The notes under the pieces: model-generated
Told to the model about the DNA's origin: nothing
Seen by the model: only the letters and a program-made list of their open reading frames with translations
Databases searched by the model: none
Part shown: positions 38,789 to 50,729 of the stretch, piece by piece
How the letters are laid out: each line of letters starts with the position of its first letter
How positions within the stretch are numbered: the stretch's first letter is position 1
Translations under genes and position numbers: made by a program
NCBI GenBank assembly: GCA_030390025.1
Contig: CM059438.1
Coordinates: 77,376,001-77,440,000 of the forward strand
DNA from: Squalus acanthias
Taxonomy: Eukaryota
DNA: 64,000 nucleotides
Direction: 5' to 3'

Positions 38789-41700
38789 ATTGTCTCTGTG
38801 CCAACAAGAACCACAGAAATTGCCTAAACGACCAACATTAATCAAGAGGGGGACTCCATTGCTGAATTACCAGCAGCAAAAGTAGCTGCCAATCCTCTGA
38901 CTGTCCCTCCTCTGCCAGTTGCTTTCTAGCAGTCTTTTGCTGACTTGCTTTGATTATCTGCCGTTCTGCTAAGTAGTGATATGATTGAAATGGGCGTCTT
39001 GTACAATCTTGAAACTGGAGAGATACAGCAAGGTTTTTAATTTTCTCCAATACTGCCATCTAGTTTTAGCATAAAACATGCTTGACAACTTTCCTGGCAC
39101 CAAATTATGCACTGCTGTTGTTACTGGATTACAGTTGCATTCAGTTTCTCCATAAACCAGGCACTAAACTGTGTTTTCAGGTCTTGGCATTGTCGAGACA
39201 GAATATCTTCTGTGTTTGTTAACTGCCGTTTAACACTCTCTCGTCGTGAAAGGCTGATGCCTTGCAGCTGTATTGTGTGAGCGAGATCTATAGACTACGC
39301 TCAACAGTGCTTTTTTCATCTGATGTATGCTAAGTGCTTATATATGTGGTGATTTGTATTTGGTTTTTCCTGCACACTGTTTACTTTTCTGCTATCTGAC
39401 TATTAGGGCATCTTTTATTTTAAAACTAGTTGGTAATCTTCGCTCCCTCCCTGCCTGTAGCTTAATAGGTAAATGTGTCACATAGCACAGTAAGGGACCA
39501 TTCACACCCAGGTCAGTGGCGAGTTAGCTCAACTTGGTTGGAGAAGCCATGGGGAATTCGGCTTCCTGGGATAGTGTGGGGTTCAAGAAAAGACCACTTG
39601 GCCAGGGCACGTGCTTCTGTTTGCTATTCAGTGATTCCTGCTGGGAATACGTACATGTGGATGTCTGGTGAGAATAGAATCCAACTCGCTGCAATGTCCC
39701 TCATAGTCAAATAAATCACCAACACTTCACATATGGAAAAACAGCCACTTCATTTTGAGGTACCAGAGAGCTGTGATGCATATGGACCCATTCCCCAGAA
39801 TAAGTTGATCATCTTTAGTTTCTCTCCCCCCCCCCCCACCTTTCCTATTCTGCTTTGTGGTCTGAGGTTGATTTTTGAAATTGAAAAATATTTTCCCCCT
39901 ACTTAATTTAGGGAACATGATTTTTTTTCGATATACAGGAACAATCAAAGCTGGGACAAAGCATTTAAAAAAAAAAAAAAAAAAAAATTAACACTTAATT
40001 CTTTTCAGTCACTGTGTACTGCACAAATCTCTAACTTTGATTATTATAAGTTAAATATACACATTTTTTGTCCCCATAAGCCTTGAGTAGAGCTGGCCAA
40101 GGCATGATGTAACACTGATGCAATATATGTTTACAGCTCCTTTTATTAGTAACAAGCTGTGAAAAACATGTATGGTATATTTTGTTTGGTTTCCAAGTCT
40201 GCATTCTAGACAGTGTTATCTGTGCATTTAGACTTGGTTTCCTTTTTGTTTTTAGGGTTAATATGGTCATGACTCTTTTTTAACATGTTGTTTAAAATTT
40301 ATTGTTTCAGATTATGCAGAAACTAATTATTTAAATCTAATCCACATAGCTAGACAGCCTAGCTGAGAATACAGTGAAATCAAAACCTACAACTGCTTTG
40401 CTACCCTATCATTTCACGTTGTCTGTGTACTCATCCTGTTTATTGTAAGACTGTACCAGGCAGCCTTGGTTTATAGGGGAGTCCTGAAAAATGGGCCTTT
40501 TAAAAGAAAAGGCTTTTCAGCATTGAATCATGTGTGAGTAAAGAAGCGCATCTAAGAAGTAAATGCTAAGAGGAGCACAAAATTAAGTTTATAGCTTGGA
40601 ACAATTTATTCCGTTTTTTCTGAGATGATTTGCATTTGGCACACCGGAAGTTGCTTGTGAAATTGGTTTACGGTTAAGTAGATCGACAGTGTGGTTGGAG
40701 GAAGGCACTTGTTAACTGCACAAGATTGTTGGACTACACAGGATTGTTAGACTAACGGCTCTTGTGTGAAAGGCTGTTCAGAGACACAGTTGGAGATCTG
40801 GAGAGGACATTTGTATTCGTGATGAAATGGTCAGGTTAAACGTTCCAATCTGGCAGGCTGTGGGCTTTCTTGTAGAGGAAGTTACTAAACAGGAATTAAG
40901 TCGCCATGATGTCTAATGTAGAAAAGTAACTGTTTTGATGCAGAATAGAAAGTAGAACAAACTGAAATTTAGATTGGATATCAGCAGAAAAGTTAGGATT
41001 TTAAGAACAATACATGCCAACTAGCTGCATGCAGAGGCCCAGTTTGAGCATATGAGGAAATGTTAATGAAGATCCTGAATCTGGGGTGAAAATTACTCTG
41101 TATTTTGTGTGTTATTGGCTTCCTAGAATATTTGATTTTATTTAAAGTGACTTTGAAAAATTGGCAGTATATTGACTTAATGAAAACTTAATCAGTGTAG
41201 TCGTGTCCACCGCATGTGTAATGCAGGCTGTTCACTGAAGAGTCTACCAACAACAGGAAACCGGTGGTTTTTCTAAGGTAGCGTGTACGCACTTGTAGGC
41301 TAAAATAGGAAGACTGCCGAGTTCTACAGAAGTCGTCATTTCGAAAGTTCCTGTTGAAAACTTTTATTTTTTAATTCCATGCAAGCTTGGGACCACAAAC
41401 CAACAGCTATCAAACTGCTTAGCTTGCACTTCCTAAAATATTTTGTCGTTCTGCATACTGAACAAAGAGAACCAGGAGTTTACTGGAAGATTTGAATTTG
41501 ATCTGTAATCTATGATGGATCACACTGAAGCAATAAGAGCGCTTCAGTAAATGTACTGTCCTGGTGACCATGTTTGTCACGTCAATTTACTTCTTGAAGC
41601 AGTGTGCTAGTGGAAGTTTTGCAGGACAGCAGTAATTGAACAATTCAGCCACAAGTTGTGATGATCTGCATTGGACAAAAAAAATCACATCTCATCAAGG

Positions 41701-42151
41701 AGAAGGCAAACGACAGCAGCCTGCAATGCTACTTGCTTGAAGGTCGTGCTTCCTGTGTCTTGCCCTTTTATTTTGGGATTGTTATGGAAATGAGGATGTG
41801 TTTCTTCACAGAATGGTAACAAAACATCAGTTCAAACTTGATATGTTCAAACCAGCAAAGAGACGACTTTTGTAAGAATTGGTAGTCGGAGGTATGTGCT
41901 TGAAAAGCTTATGAAAGACTGATGACGGTGCTGCCTCATCACTGAAAAGGTGCAGTCCATCACCATAGCAACTCTTGATACAGTCGCAGCTGGGCCCTTT
42001 TTGTTTTTTGAAATTTATGTGAGGAAACTGAATCAAAGCGTGAACGAAGAGCTTTGCGCTATTTGAAGTCGGTAACTTAATCTGTAATTTACATTTCAAG
42101 GCATGGTGAGCAGTTTTGCTTTTAAGAAGCTTAGAGCTTAATTTTCTGAAA

Positions 42152-43231
42152 ATGAAGGGTCTTTGTCGAGTGTGTGACAGCAAGCTCCAAGGAAATCAGC
42201 GCCGCTGGATTTTCAACACGTCTGGCAAAAGAAGATTGCAGATTGTTCTTTCTTATGTATTGGGTTATACTGTTAACCGTGATGGCCAAGGAGAGTTCTT
42301 GTGCAGTAAATGCGCCTTTATGTTGGAGAAGGTATTAAAATATGACATTGTTATTGCTCGTGTTAAGACTGTTGCTAGTGAGAGGCTGCAGATGTTGACA
42401 GCAGAGAAGGAACAACTAATTCAATGTATTGTGCACTTATACTTTCGGTATAATGAAACATCAAAAATCTCCCAATATAAAGAACAAGGCATCTCTACTG
42501 AGGGCGCGAATCAACCTTCTTTACAATACAGCGTGCTTCTACAAGATGAATCTATTTTATCTGAATTCTGGACACCAGGAAGGAGCAGCAAGGACAGCTT
42601 GGGCTGCTCAAGCTGCTGGCGTACTTTCACTGGTGGGCACAGGATGAGAAAGTGCCTCAGTTCCGATTCACTCCGAGTAGCAGATTTATTCTGTGACTTG
42701 GTGTGTTCTACCCCTAGACGGACCATGCGGGGTGCCTTAACAGGACATGCACGTCCACCTCTGGGTAGCCAGTCGCAGAGTATGTGCTTCGATTTAGCAC
42801 CAAGACGTGCCCCCACTGCGGGGAAGCTGGCCAGTCATGCCTGTTCAAGGCAGGCAATTTGTACAGACAATCTGGAAACTGAATCAGTGACTACATTAAA
42901 TTCAACCAGGATTGATTGGATAACTGATGAAGAATCTGAGAAAGTTCAGCTGAAATCCACGTTTGATCGTAGAGCGCTAACTGAAAATTGTCTCTTAATG
43001 AGACACTCTATTGCAAATGCAATTCAGGAAATTAAGTATATTGAGTACAAACCAGTGCCTTCCTTGTCGAAAAGCAAGATACCAAAACGTGTGAAATTTT
43101 CTGCAAGGAGACCAGCATCGGGATGTAGCTTTGCAACAGCCCTGCAAGAAACCTATAATCTTAATGGTGAAAAATCTGTACAAGAGCTGTGGGAGGAGCT
43201 TGAAGATGAATATGCTCCTTTAAAAGCTGAG
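42152..43231 (+). CDS. CDK5RAP2: Alternative first coding exon, SMYLE_N-like (myomegalin EB-MMG/SMYLE-type) N-terminus, 360 codons
   Basis: aaaATG with in-frame TGA 45 nt upstream; MKGLCRVCDSKLQGNQRRWIF...GEFLCSKCAFMLEKV...VIARV resembles the PDE4DIP short-isoform start; SKIP at 43073-43084; GAG|gtagtt phase-0 donor. Confidence 0.88.
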
Positions 43232-43480
43232 GTAGTTGATGCCAGTAGTTTTAAACTGTGTGTGTGTGGTCCTCCCCAAATGATGCTGTATTGTATCTAA
43301 AATTAATGATTACTCCTTTTACATGTCTATATTGTTAAGACTGGCATATGTGAACATTTCCTGTCCAACTCCTGTTTTAGTACTTTTATGTCAATATTTA
43401 GGAATTAAAATGCTTATGTAAACACATAATGGGAATTTCCAATGTAAGCTCTTGCCTGTTGGATTTAATGGCAGGCCTTT

Positions 43481-43986
43481 AAGTAGGAGCAGGACCCGGC
43501 CACTCAGCCTCTGGGCCCGCTATGCCACCCACAGGGCCTCGACCGATCCGAACTCAGCCTCATGTCCAATTTCCTGCCCGCTCCCCGTAACCCCTAATTC
43601 CCTTTACTTCTAGGAAACTGTCTATTTCTGTTTTAAATTTATTTAATGATGTAGCTTCCACAGCTTCCTGGGGCAGCAAATTCCACAGACCTACTACCCT
43701 CTGGGTGAAGAAGTTTCTCCTCATCTCAGTTTTGAAAGAGCAGCCCCTTATTCTAAGATTATGCCCCCTAGTTCTAGTTTCACCCATCCTTGGGAACATC
43801 CTTACCGCATCCACCCGATCAAGCCCCTTCACAATCTTATATGTTTCAATAAGATCGCCTCTCATTCTTCTGAACTCCACTGAGTAGAGTCCCAATCTAC
43901 TCAACCTCTCCTCATATGTCCACCCCCTCATCCCGGGGATTAACCGAGTGAACCTTCTTTGTACTGCCTCGAGAGCAAGTATGTCT
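43481..43986 (-). mobile_element. Young CR1 LINE 3' end
   Basis: Open ORF2 C-terminus (LEAVQRRFTRLIPGMRG..NFFTQRVV). Confidence 0.93.
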
Positions 43987-44287
43987 ACCACTGACAGCCC
44001 TGTAGTGCCTCTCTGTCTTTGTCTCCCAGTTCCCCCCAACCTTTTGGCCTCCTCTGCCTCAAGCCCCATTCCTTAGTCCAACCCTCCATTTCCAGCCTCA
44101 AGCTGCCTGTGCCTCTCATAATTTAATTTACCATTTTGCAGCCTTCTCTTGTATCTGGAAGGCTCTTCCATTGTTCTCAGACGTTCCCAACCTCCTTCTG
44201 TGCCCTGTACCTGGCCGCCTTTCCTCTTCCCCACAGTCTCTTCACTGCCTCTTCTGCCGTTCTCGTTCCCAGCCTTCTGTACCCCAC

Positions 44288-44290
<3 letters not shown>

Positions 44291-44376
<86 letters not shown>
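44291..44376. repeat. (TC)n microsatellite, about 39 perfect units
   Basis: Direct observation. Confidence 0.98.
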
Positions 44377-45006
44377 TCTTTTGTGTCTGTCTGTCTCCTC
44401 TGCTTTCCCCTTTCCCCATTCTCAGTTTATTTGTTTCAATCATTTAAAAGGATAAAAGCACAGTGAAGGATGCAAACGCATTCCAACAGGCAAACAAACA
44501 TTACTTCAGAAGTTTAGTGACACTCACCAATGACCAATGTTAGACATGCATACACTGACGCAAAAAAAATCAACTTAAAAAGCCCCTCAAAATTACACTC
44601 AAAGCAGTAGCATAGACACAGACAAACTTTATGATCTCCTTAAAGATCACAAGCCCACAAATTACTTCAGACAGTTACAGAGAAACACACCGTCATAAGA
44701 TATTAATACCACAATAAAAAAAATTCACAGCAGCCGAGGAAAACGGGTATATATCATGACACAAGGCAAAGATGCATAGAGAAATCACAAGCACAGAATG
44801 AGATGACAAATCAAGGTAAGATGACTCTCCATGAGCAACACCACACGAGATCTACTAGTATACAAGGTTCGCTTTCACATCTTAATTACAATGTTGTCTG
44901 AAGAATGTTGGACCTTCTCTGCCATTCAAGTAATTGAGTTTCATAATTTCTAATATGTTGCTACCTTACAAGCACACTGCATTTTTTTTTTTATATCCCC
45001 TTACAG

Positions 45007-45141
45007 AACTTGGTTGAGAAACAGAGACAACTGGGACAGTTGGAGGTGGGAGCCAAGCAGCTAAAGGCTGATCTTGAGATAGCTGAAACTACTATCTGTG
45101 CTCTGCAAGAAAAGCTGAAGGAAACAGATGGTGAAAATAAG
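45007..45141 (+). CDS. CDK5RAP2: Exon 10 (135 nt, NLVEKQRQLGQLEVGAKQLKADLE...)
   Basis: Strong pyrimidine tract, ttacag / AAG|gtacaa; heptad pattern, phase 0-0. Confidence 0.88.
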
Positions 45142-45443
45142 GTACAAATTCAACCCCTTTTTTTTTTTAAAAGCCCTAAATTATACAAATAATATACTTA
45201 ATCAATTACTTTAAATTACTGAACACCGAATGTTTGCTTAAAGAACCCTGAATATTTTTCTACTGAACAATTTCTAATTGTAAGGGCCATGTACAGATTA
45301 TTTAGAAAGACCTTTTTAAAGGTCTAAAAGGAGGTTAACCAAACAGGCTTATACAAGGCATTAATTATTGAGAGGAAAGCTGTTGGATCATATTCTAGTT
45401 TTCAGCAAATTTGTCTTAATTTTCCCATCCCAATAATTTTTAG

Positions 45444-45563
45444 ATTCTGCAAGAACATGCTAATGAAAAGCAGAATGAGCTGCTTGCTGAGAAGCAGAAC
45501 AGTTTGAAACGAGATAAAACTATTCAAGGACTGACTCTGGCCCTGAAGGCCAAGGATAAAGAG
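45444..45563 (+). CDS. CDK5RAP2: Exon 11 (120 nt, ...AEKQNSLKRDKTIQGLTLALKAKDKE)
   Basis: ttttag / gtatgt; NSLKRDKxIQGLT family motif. Confidence 0.95.
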
Positions 45564-45755
45564 GTATGTGGCTCGGTACGGTCAATACCAACTAGTTTCT
45601 GCATTACAGTCAGGTTTTTTTTTTTAAACTATGCAAGAGGTATCTTGCTTAAGAGATGGGCTTGAAGCTATTCTGTTAACACATTTGCATTTATTTAGCA
45701 TTTCATTATGTGCACTTTCACACTGTTTACTCTTTTTAAAATCTTCTTCAAACAG

Positions 45756-45848
45756 ATAGAGGAGCTTTGTCATGAAATTGAAGATCGAGATAATGCACTG
45801 GCAAAAGCAAGAGATTCTATACATAAAGCACAACTGCAGAAATTTCAG
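45756..45848 (+). CDS. CDK5RAP2: Exon 12 (93 nt, IEELCHEIEDRDNALAKARDSIHKAQLQKFQ)
   Basis: aaacag / gtaaaa; phase 0-0. Confidence 0.93.
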
Positions 45849-45958
45849 GTAAAAGGCAAAACTGGTTAATTATTTCTGCAGTAGTCTTCCTATTTAGAGT
45901 TTCGGTGAATGGATTTCTCCGTATAAAACTCTAATTTAGAGGTTTTTTTAATCTTCAG

Positions 45959-46177
45959 GGAGCAGAAGAGTATCAAAGTCTCATGACTGAGAAAGAAACC
46001 GAGCTTGCAGAGCTGCGCACAGATCGTAATGGAAGAGTAATGGAGATCCAGAAGTTGCAAAGAGCATTGAGCCGACGAGAACAGGAGCTGAATGACTTGA
46101 CTGAAGCAAAGGGTCAGCTAGAAGAAGAGGTGGAAGTGCTGCAGCTTCAAAAAACAAAAGGCGACAAGACTGTTAAT
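45959..46177 (+). CDS. CDK5RAP2: Exon 13 (219 nt, GAEEYQSLMTEKE...KGDKTVN)
   Basis: cttcag / gttagt; coiled coil. Confidence 0.92.
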
Positions 46178-47498
46178 GTTAGTGTCCATTCTGTAACTCT
46201 TTACCATTTTATATGAAGTTACCTATCAGTAAATTGTTTGTATTATGTTCTTGTGGTAAGAACTTAGAACTCCTATTGCCCCTTATTTGGTTTCTCAAAA
46301 ATCCCAAAGTGCTTCATGTACAGTGTAGTGTAGTCCCTGTTGTGTGAATGTGGTGAACTGCTTTTGAGGTGGTAATAAAGTTTCATCATAGGGTTTTATA
46401 ATTAAGGTTTTTTAAATTAGTGATAGAAACTTCATGCCTTATATCCTTTTTATAATGGGGTGCTAAATCATCATCTTGTGTGGCACCTTGTGAAACATCT
46501 TTTGAAAATCCAGACACTATTTACAGCATTCCCTTTATCTCTATCTCTACACTGATTTTTCCCTTTTTTTTAAAAAAAAAATCAATAAATTAGTAAAGCA
46601 TGACCTGCCTTTTACAAATCCATGCTAATTAGCCCATGCGTTTCTAAGTGTTCATTAATTTCATCCTGTATTATGGATTGTAGAAAACTACTGACAGTCA
46701 AGGTCAGATTAACTAGCCCATAGTTTTCTTGTTTATCTCTTTCCCCTTTCTTGAACAGGGCTATAATATTTGCCACCTTCCAGTCTTTGGCAGAATTCCC
46801 ATTTCCAAAGATTTAAAGAAAATGCTGCTATCTCCTCCCCACCCTCCTTCAGTTAAGTGAGCAACTTTAATTTTAGAAACAAAATTCTGGTTAATCTACT
46901 CAGTTCTGAAAAGTTCAAAATAATAAAGCTCTGAGGATATTTTCACGTGTACAGTTTCTTAACTTTGAATGGCTTTTTGAATAATTTCTGAAACCAACTT
47001 TTAATAAGTGGATTCCAGTCGCCTTTGCTTAATTATGACCTGATAGGCAGAACAGTTTGTAACTTTTCTGTACCCTCTATCCTCCTTACTACTTCACCAA
47101 AATATTTTCATAATCTCGGCAAAGAATCTTGCCACATCTCCACTGTACTAAAGGATATTGTATCCTTTTATTTCTGAACAGGGAAAAGTAAGGAAACTTG
47201 TTCAACAATTCCAAAAGGGAAAATGTCCAGCTTCATAATTTAAAAAATGTAATAGTTATAACTTAAATATTTGCCAAAATGAATGAACACAAGAAGCAGT
47301 ATGTAATGTGTTCCCCCTTTTGATATTTTAGTGCTCCTGTAAAATGCAACATGCAAAAGAATGGCAGTAAATCCTTTTACTAACAATTAGTGTGGATTAA
47401 TTTTGAATGTCATGAATGTTGCTAATGTGAAATCATTTCTTTGTGTACAAAACATTTCAACAAATACAATAAAATTCTGTCTGTCTTGCTTTCTGCAG

Positions 47499-47669
47499 GA
47501 TATTCAAAATCACATTCAGAAACTGGGTGCTGAGTTGGCAGAGAAGGAGCGTGCAATGGAGCACCAGTACCAAACTCTGCTGCTTGAGAACAAGCAGAAA
47601 CTACAAAGCCAAGAACTAGTCATTGAGCGCCTAACAGACAGCTTAAACAACAAAGATAGACTGCTCCAG
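47499..47669 (+). CDS. CDK5RAP2: Exon 14 (171 nt, DIQNHIQKLGAELAEKERAME...KDRLLQ)
   Basis: ctgcag / gtgtgg; coiled coil. Confidence 0.92.
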
Positions 47670-48251
47670 GTGTGGACCAAGAAAGAAGCTATTGTAGAAA
47701 AATAATAATCTAATTGAAAAGAGCTGGTAGTGTAGACAGTGGCGATTTGTGCTTTTGATGTAACTTAAGTGATGCAAGTTAAATAATGTTTAAAATAAAA
47801 ATTAACTTATTTTTATAGAAGTCTAATCTGAAGTATTACTAGTGAGTAAAGCGTCAGGAATTAATTGCTATAATATACCTTGGGCTATCTGCTTAAGAGT
47901 ATTGTTGCATTTAAACTCAACTGACTACATTAATGAGTTGGAAATAAAAGGAAGTCTACCTGTTTAGCTATTTATTTCATTTGCAATTTTGAGGCTGACT
48001 CTTATCTGGCTATATGTTGGCTAAATTGAATCTATAGATATATCTCTGCCATTATGAATGACATCTAGCTAATTGAATGATGTCTTTAACACTTTGAATA
48101 GAATATGAAAAAGGAATAAAATGTAGTTAGACTTACAGTTGCCGTGTCATCCGTAATTTACCTTTATTTTCTTAATCTTATGTCTTCTCCCTTTTCTTCC
48201 AGTCTCTGCAGTTTGCATTTCATCTAGCTGAGAGTACAGGGCAGTGGTCAC

Positions 48252-48416
48252 AAATGTTCCCTGTAAGCTGCGCTTTGTTCTGCGCGACCTGTTTCTTTTA
48301 CTGCATGGTCCCTTTAAATTTCCGCGCATGCGCGGTACTTGCAATGGAAAGCCGGTGGGCGGCATGCGTGGGGCCTTTCCCATTACTGCGCAGTCGCACA
48401 GCTTGGAGGGAACATG
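48252..48416. mobile_element. hAT-type MITE, reverse-orientation copy of 26113-26278
   Basis: aatgttccctgtaagctgcg...cagcttggagggaaca; tggtcac on both flanks. Confidence 0.85.
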
Positions 48417-49279
48417 GTCACCTATTCCTGTTCTTTGGTTGATTGCTTACAAGGTAGAGAAAAATAGCCTGTGGGGATTGACTTTCTGACTTCTCACACC
48501 CTCCCTATAAGAAAGCATTGGACCTTTACCGAGTGCTTCCCCACTATTGCTGTAATTGAGAATCTTTGACGCAGCCATGTCCCAGTGCTCTGTGGTACAC
48601 TATGTTGAAGATCCAATGTTCTGTGCCACTTTTTTTTATTTGTATTAACTTTATTCAAAACCCTGTGGCTTGTAATTTACTCCAGGCCTTGAGTTGTAGT
48701 AAGCAGCATATGCAGATTACACAATGGACTTGCTTGTGACAAAATCATAATGGGCAGAATTGCAGTGAGCTACAGAGCATATGTCATGGAGAGTAATATC
48801 AATTGATTAATCTATAAAGGAGGCTGACTGATAACTTCAGTGACTCATTCATGAGTGGGCTATGGGCAGCTTATTCGTGGAGATATTTGTCATGTCACTT
48901 CTGAACATCACATTTTATTTATAAAACTTCTATGTTTTCAAGTCGGGGGAATAATTAATATTTTTATAACCTGTGAAAATTAGTTAATATTGCTTTGTCT
49001 TTTTCCTGATACCTCTCCAAATATATTAGTGGGGATTTGACCCTACAACCTTCAGACCTATGTTGTGTGGTACTTTGTGTCACTAGCCTGTTGAGCCAAT
49101 ACAGAACTTTCTTTAGAGGCAGTCCTTGAAAGCCATATGACCTAGATAATGATGTCATTAGTTAGTGGCAGGTGTAATTGATTAAGAGCAATTCCTAACT
49201 TTTTTTGCCTGTAATTATAAAGACTGAATACTGATCACCTTTCTCTCTTGCATTTCTCTTTCCCCCCGCCCCCCTCCAG

Positions 49280-49396
49280 GATTATATGGAGCTGGCAAAA
49301 GGAGTTCAGCAAGGAGGGGATCAGAGCCCAAATGGAAAGGATGCTTTGCTGGCTAAACTGCGTGATCGTCTAAAAGAGAAAGACCGAGCTCTTGAG
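49280..49396 (+). CDS. CDK5RAP2: Exon 15 (117 nt, DYMELAKG...LRDRLKEKDRALE)
   Basis: Long pyrimidine tract, ccag / gtattc. Confidence 0.9.
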
Positions 49397-49579
49397 GTAT
49401 TCTCTTTAGCAAATTAAGCATAGATGTAGTAATGAATGATGCATTGTGGTTAGTGTTTGTGAAAATAGAATGCCGAAAATGTATTTCAAACTTACAATAT
49501 ACCAGCACAAATTTTAAGGCCTACTAGAATATGGTTTAGCCACAAAAATACAACATTTGTAACTATAACTAGATTTTCC

Positions 49580-49945
49580 CCATAGTTCAGTGAGTAAATA
49601 TGTTGCATTACGGAGTCACACAGACCAGGAAGATCCCAGGTTCAATCCATAATCCATGGTCAATCCGATGATTTTAGCAGTGGGAGTGCTGCAGTTAGCC
49701 TTAGTATTGCCAGCCTAAGGAGGGGAAAAGTTTAGATAGGGATCTTGCATCTGATCACCATCCCTGCTGGAAAGTACCTGTGTGTAGATGTCAAATAAAA
49801 ATATTATTCGGCTCAGCTGCAACATCTTCATGGTAAAATAATCTGTGAACACTTCTTATCTAGGCTCACCGATGCAGAAAGACCGTTCAGGTGAGATACC
49901 GGAGGGCAGCAGAAACGATGGAACCATACCCTAGCCCCAGCATAA
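49580..49945 (+). mobile_element. Ancient SINE-like interspersed repeat (family not named)
   Basis: cagaccaggaagatcccaggttcaatcc B-box-like head; related pieces at about 23810-23895(-), 39560-39800(+), 61040-61385(-). Confidence 0.65.
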
Positions 49946-50729
49946 CTTAATGCCTTCTACAAAGGATGGGAGAATAGACATCAGTTGATGTGTCCAATCT
50001 TAAAATAGGATTATTAACATCTGTATTGATCTCTTTCAAAATGCAGATGTGACAAAGATGTATAAAAATGCAATTGGAATCCCATAACTGTATTTTATCA
50101 AGCACTAGCATAGGTAATTCTTTTATTTTGTACAGACTGGTCTGAACATTTGGCTCTGTAACTAGCTGCAATTGGGAGGAGCCTAGCAGCAGGTTGCTTG
50201 CTGCCTTCTTGACTGGGGGTTTGGTGTGTGTTGTAGGAAAAGCATTTTGTTCAAAGTACAAGCTAGAGCATCTTATCACAGCTTATCCACTTTTAAAAAG
50301 AAATCGAAGCATTACAAAGATTTAAGATTAACAGCAACAGGGAATCAATGTCGTGGGGGGGGGGGGGAATCATTGTTGATGGCTTCATGGGGAAAATTAG
50401 CTGAAGAGCTGCTGATTCACTTTGTGACTGAGTTGATTTAACACCAGTAGAAATACATTCGTTAACCCAGAATGCTTCAGTGACTGCAGTTTCTATGCAC
50501 ACGCGTGCGTCTGTTAATTCAGTTCTCCTGCACTGCAACTCATTAACTTTTCTCAGCCAGTGTCTGATTTAGCTTAGCAGTACTTCTTCACACAAATTCT
50601 CAAGAAAAAGTTGATCAATTCTAATTCTTTGTACCTTTTCTGTTTTACAGAGGGTACAAAATAAATGTTTTTATTTCTCCATATTCCATGTGATCATTCT
50701 TTACAATTTTTATTTTGTAAACCCTAAAG

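Noticed and set aside
42116-43300. 394-aa ORF as a standalone intronless gene or retrocopy
   Set aside because: The listed start is a TTG. Homology starts at ATG 42152 and a phase-0 donor at 43232 fits the next exon, so it reads better as an alternative first exon; an unspliced short product cannot be fully excluded
44136-44466. SLSLSL ORFs
   Set aside because: Translation of a (TC)n microsatellite
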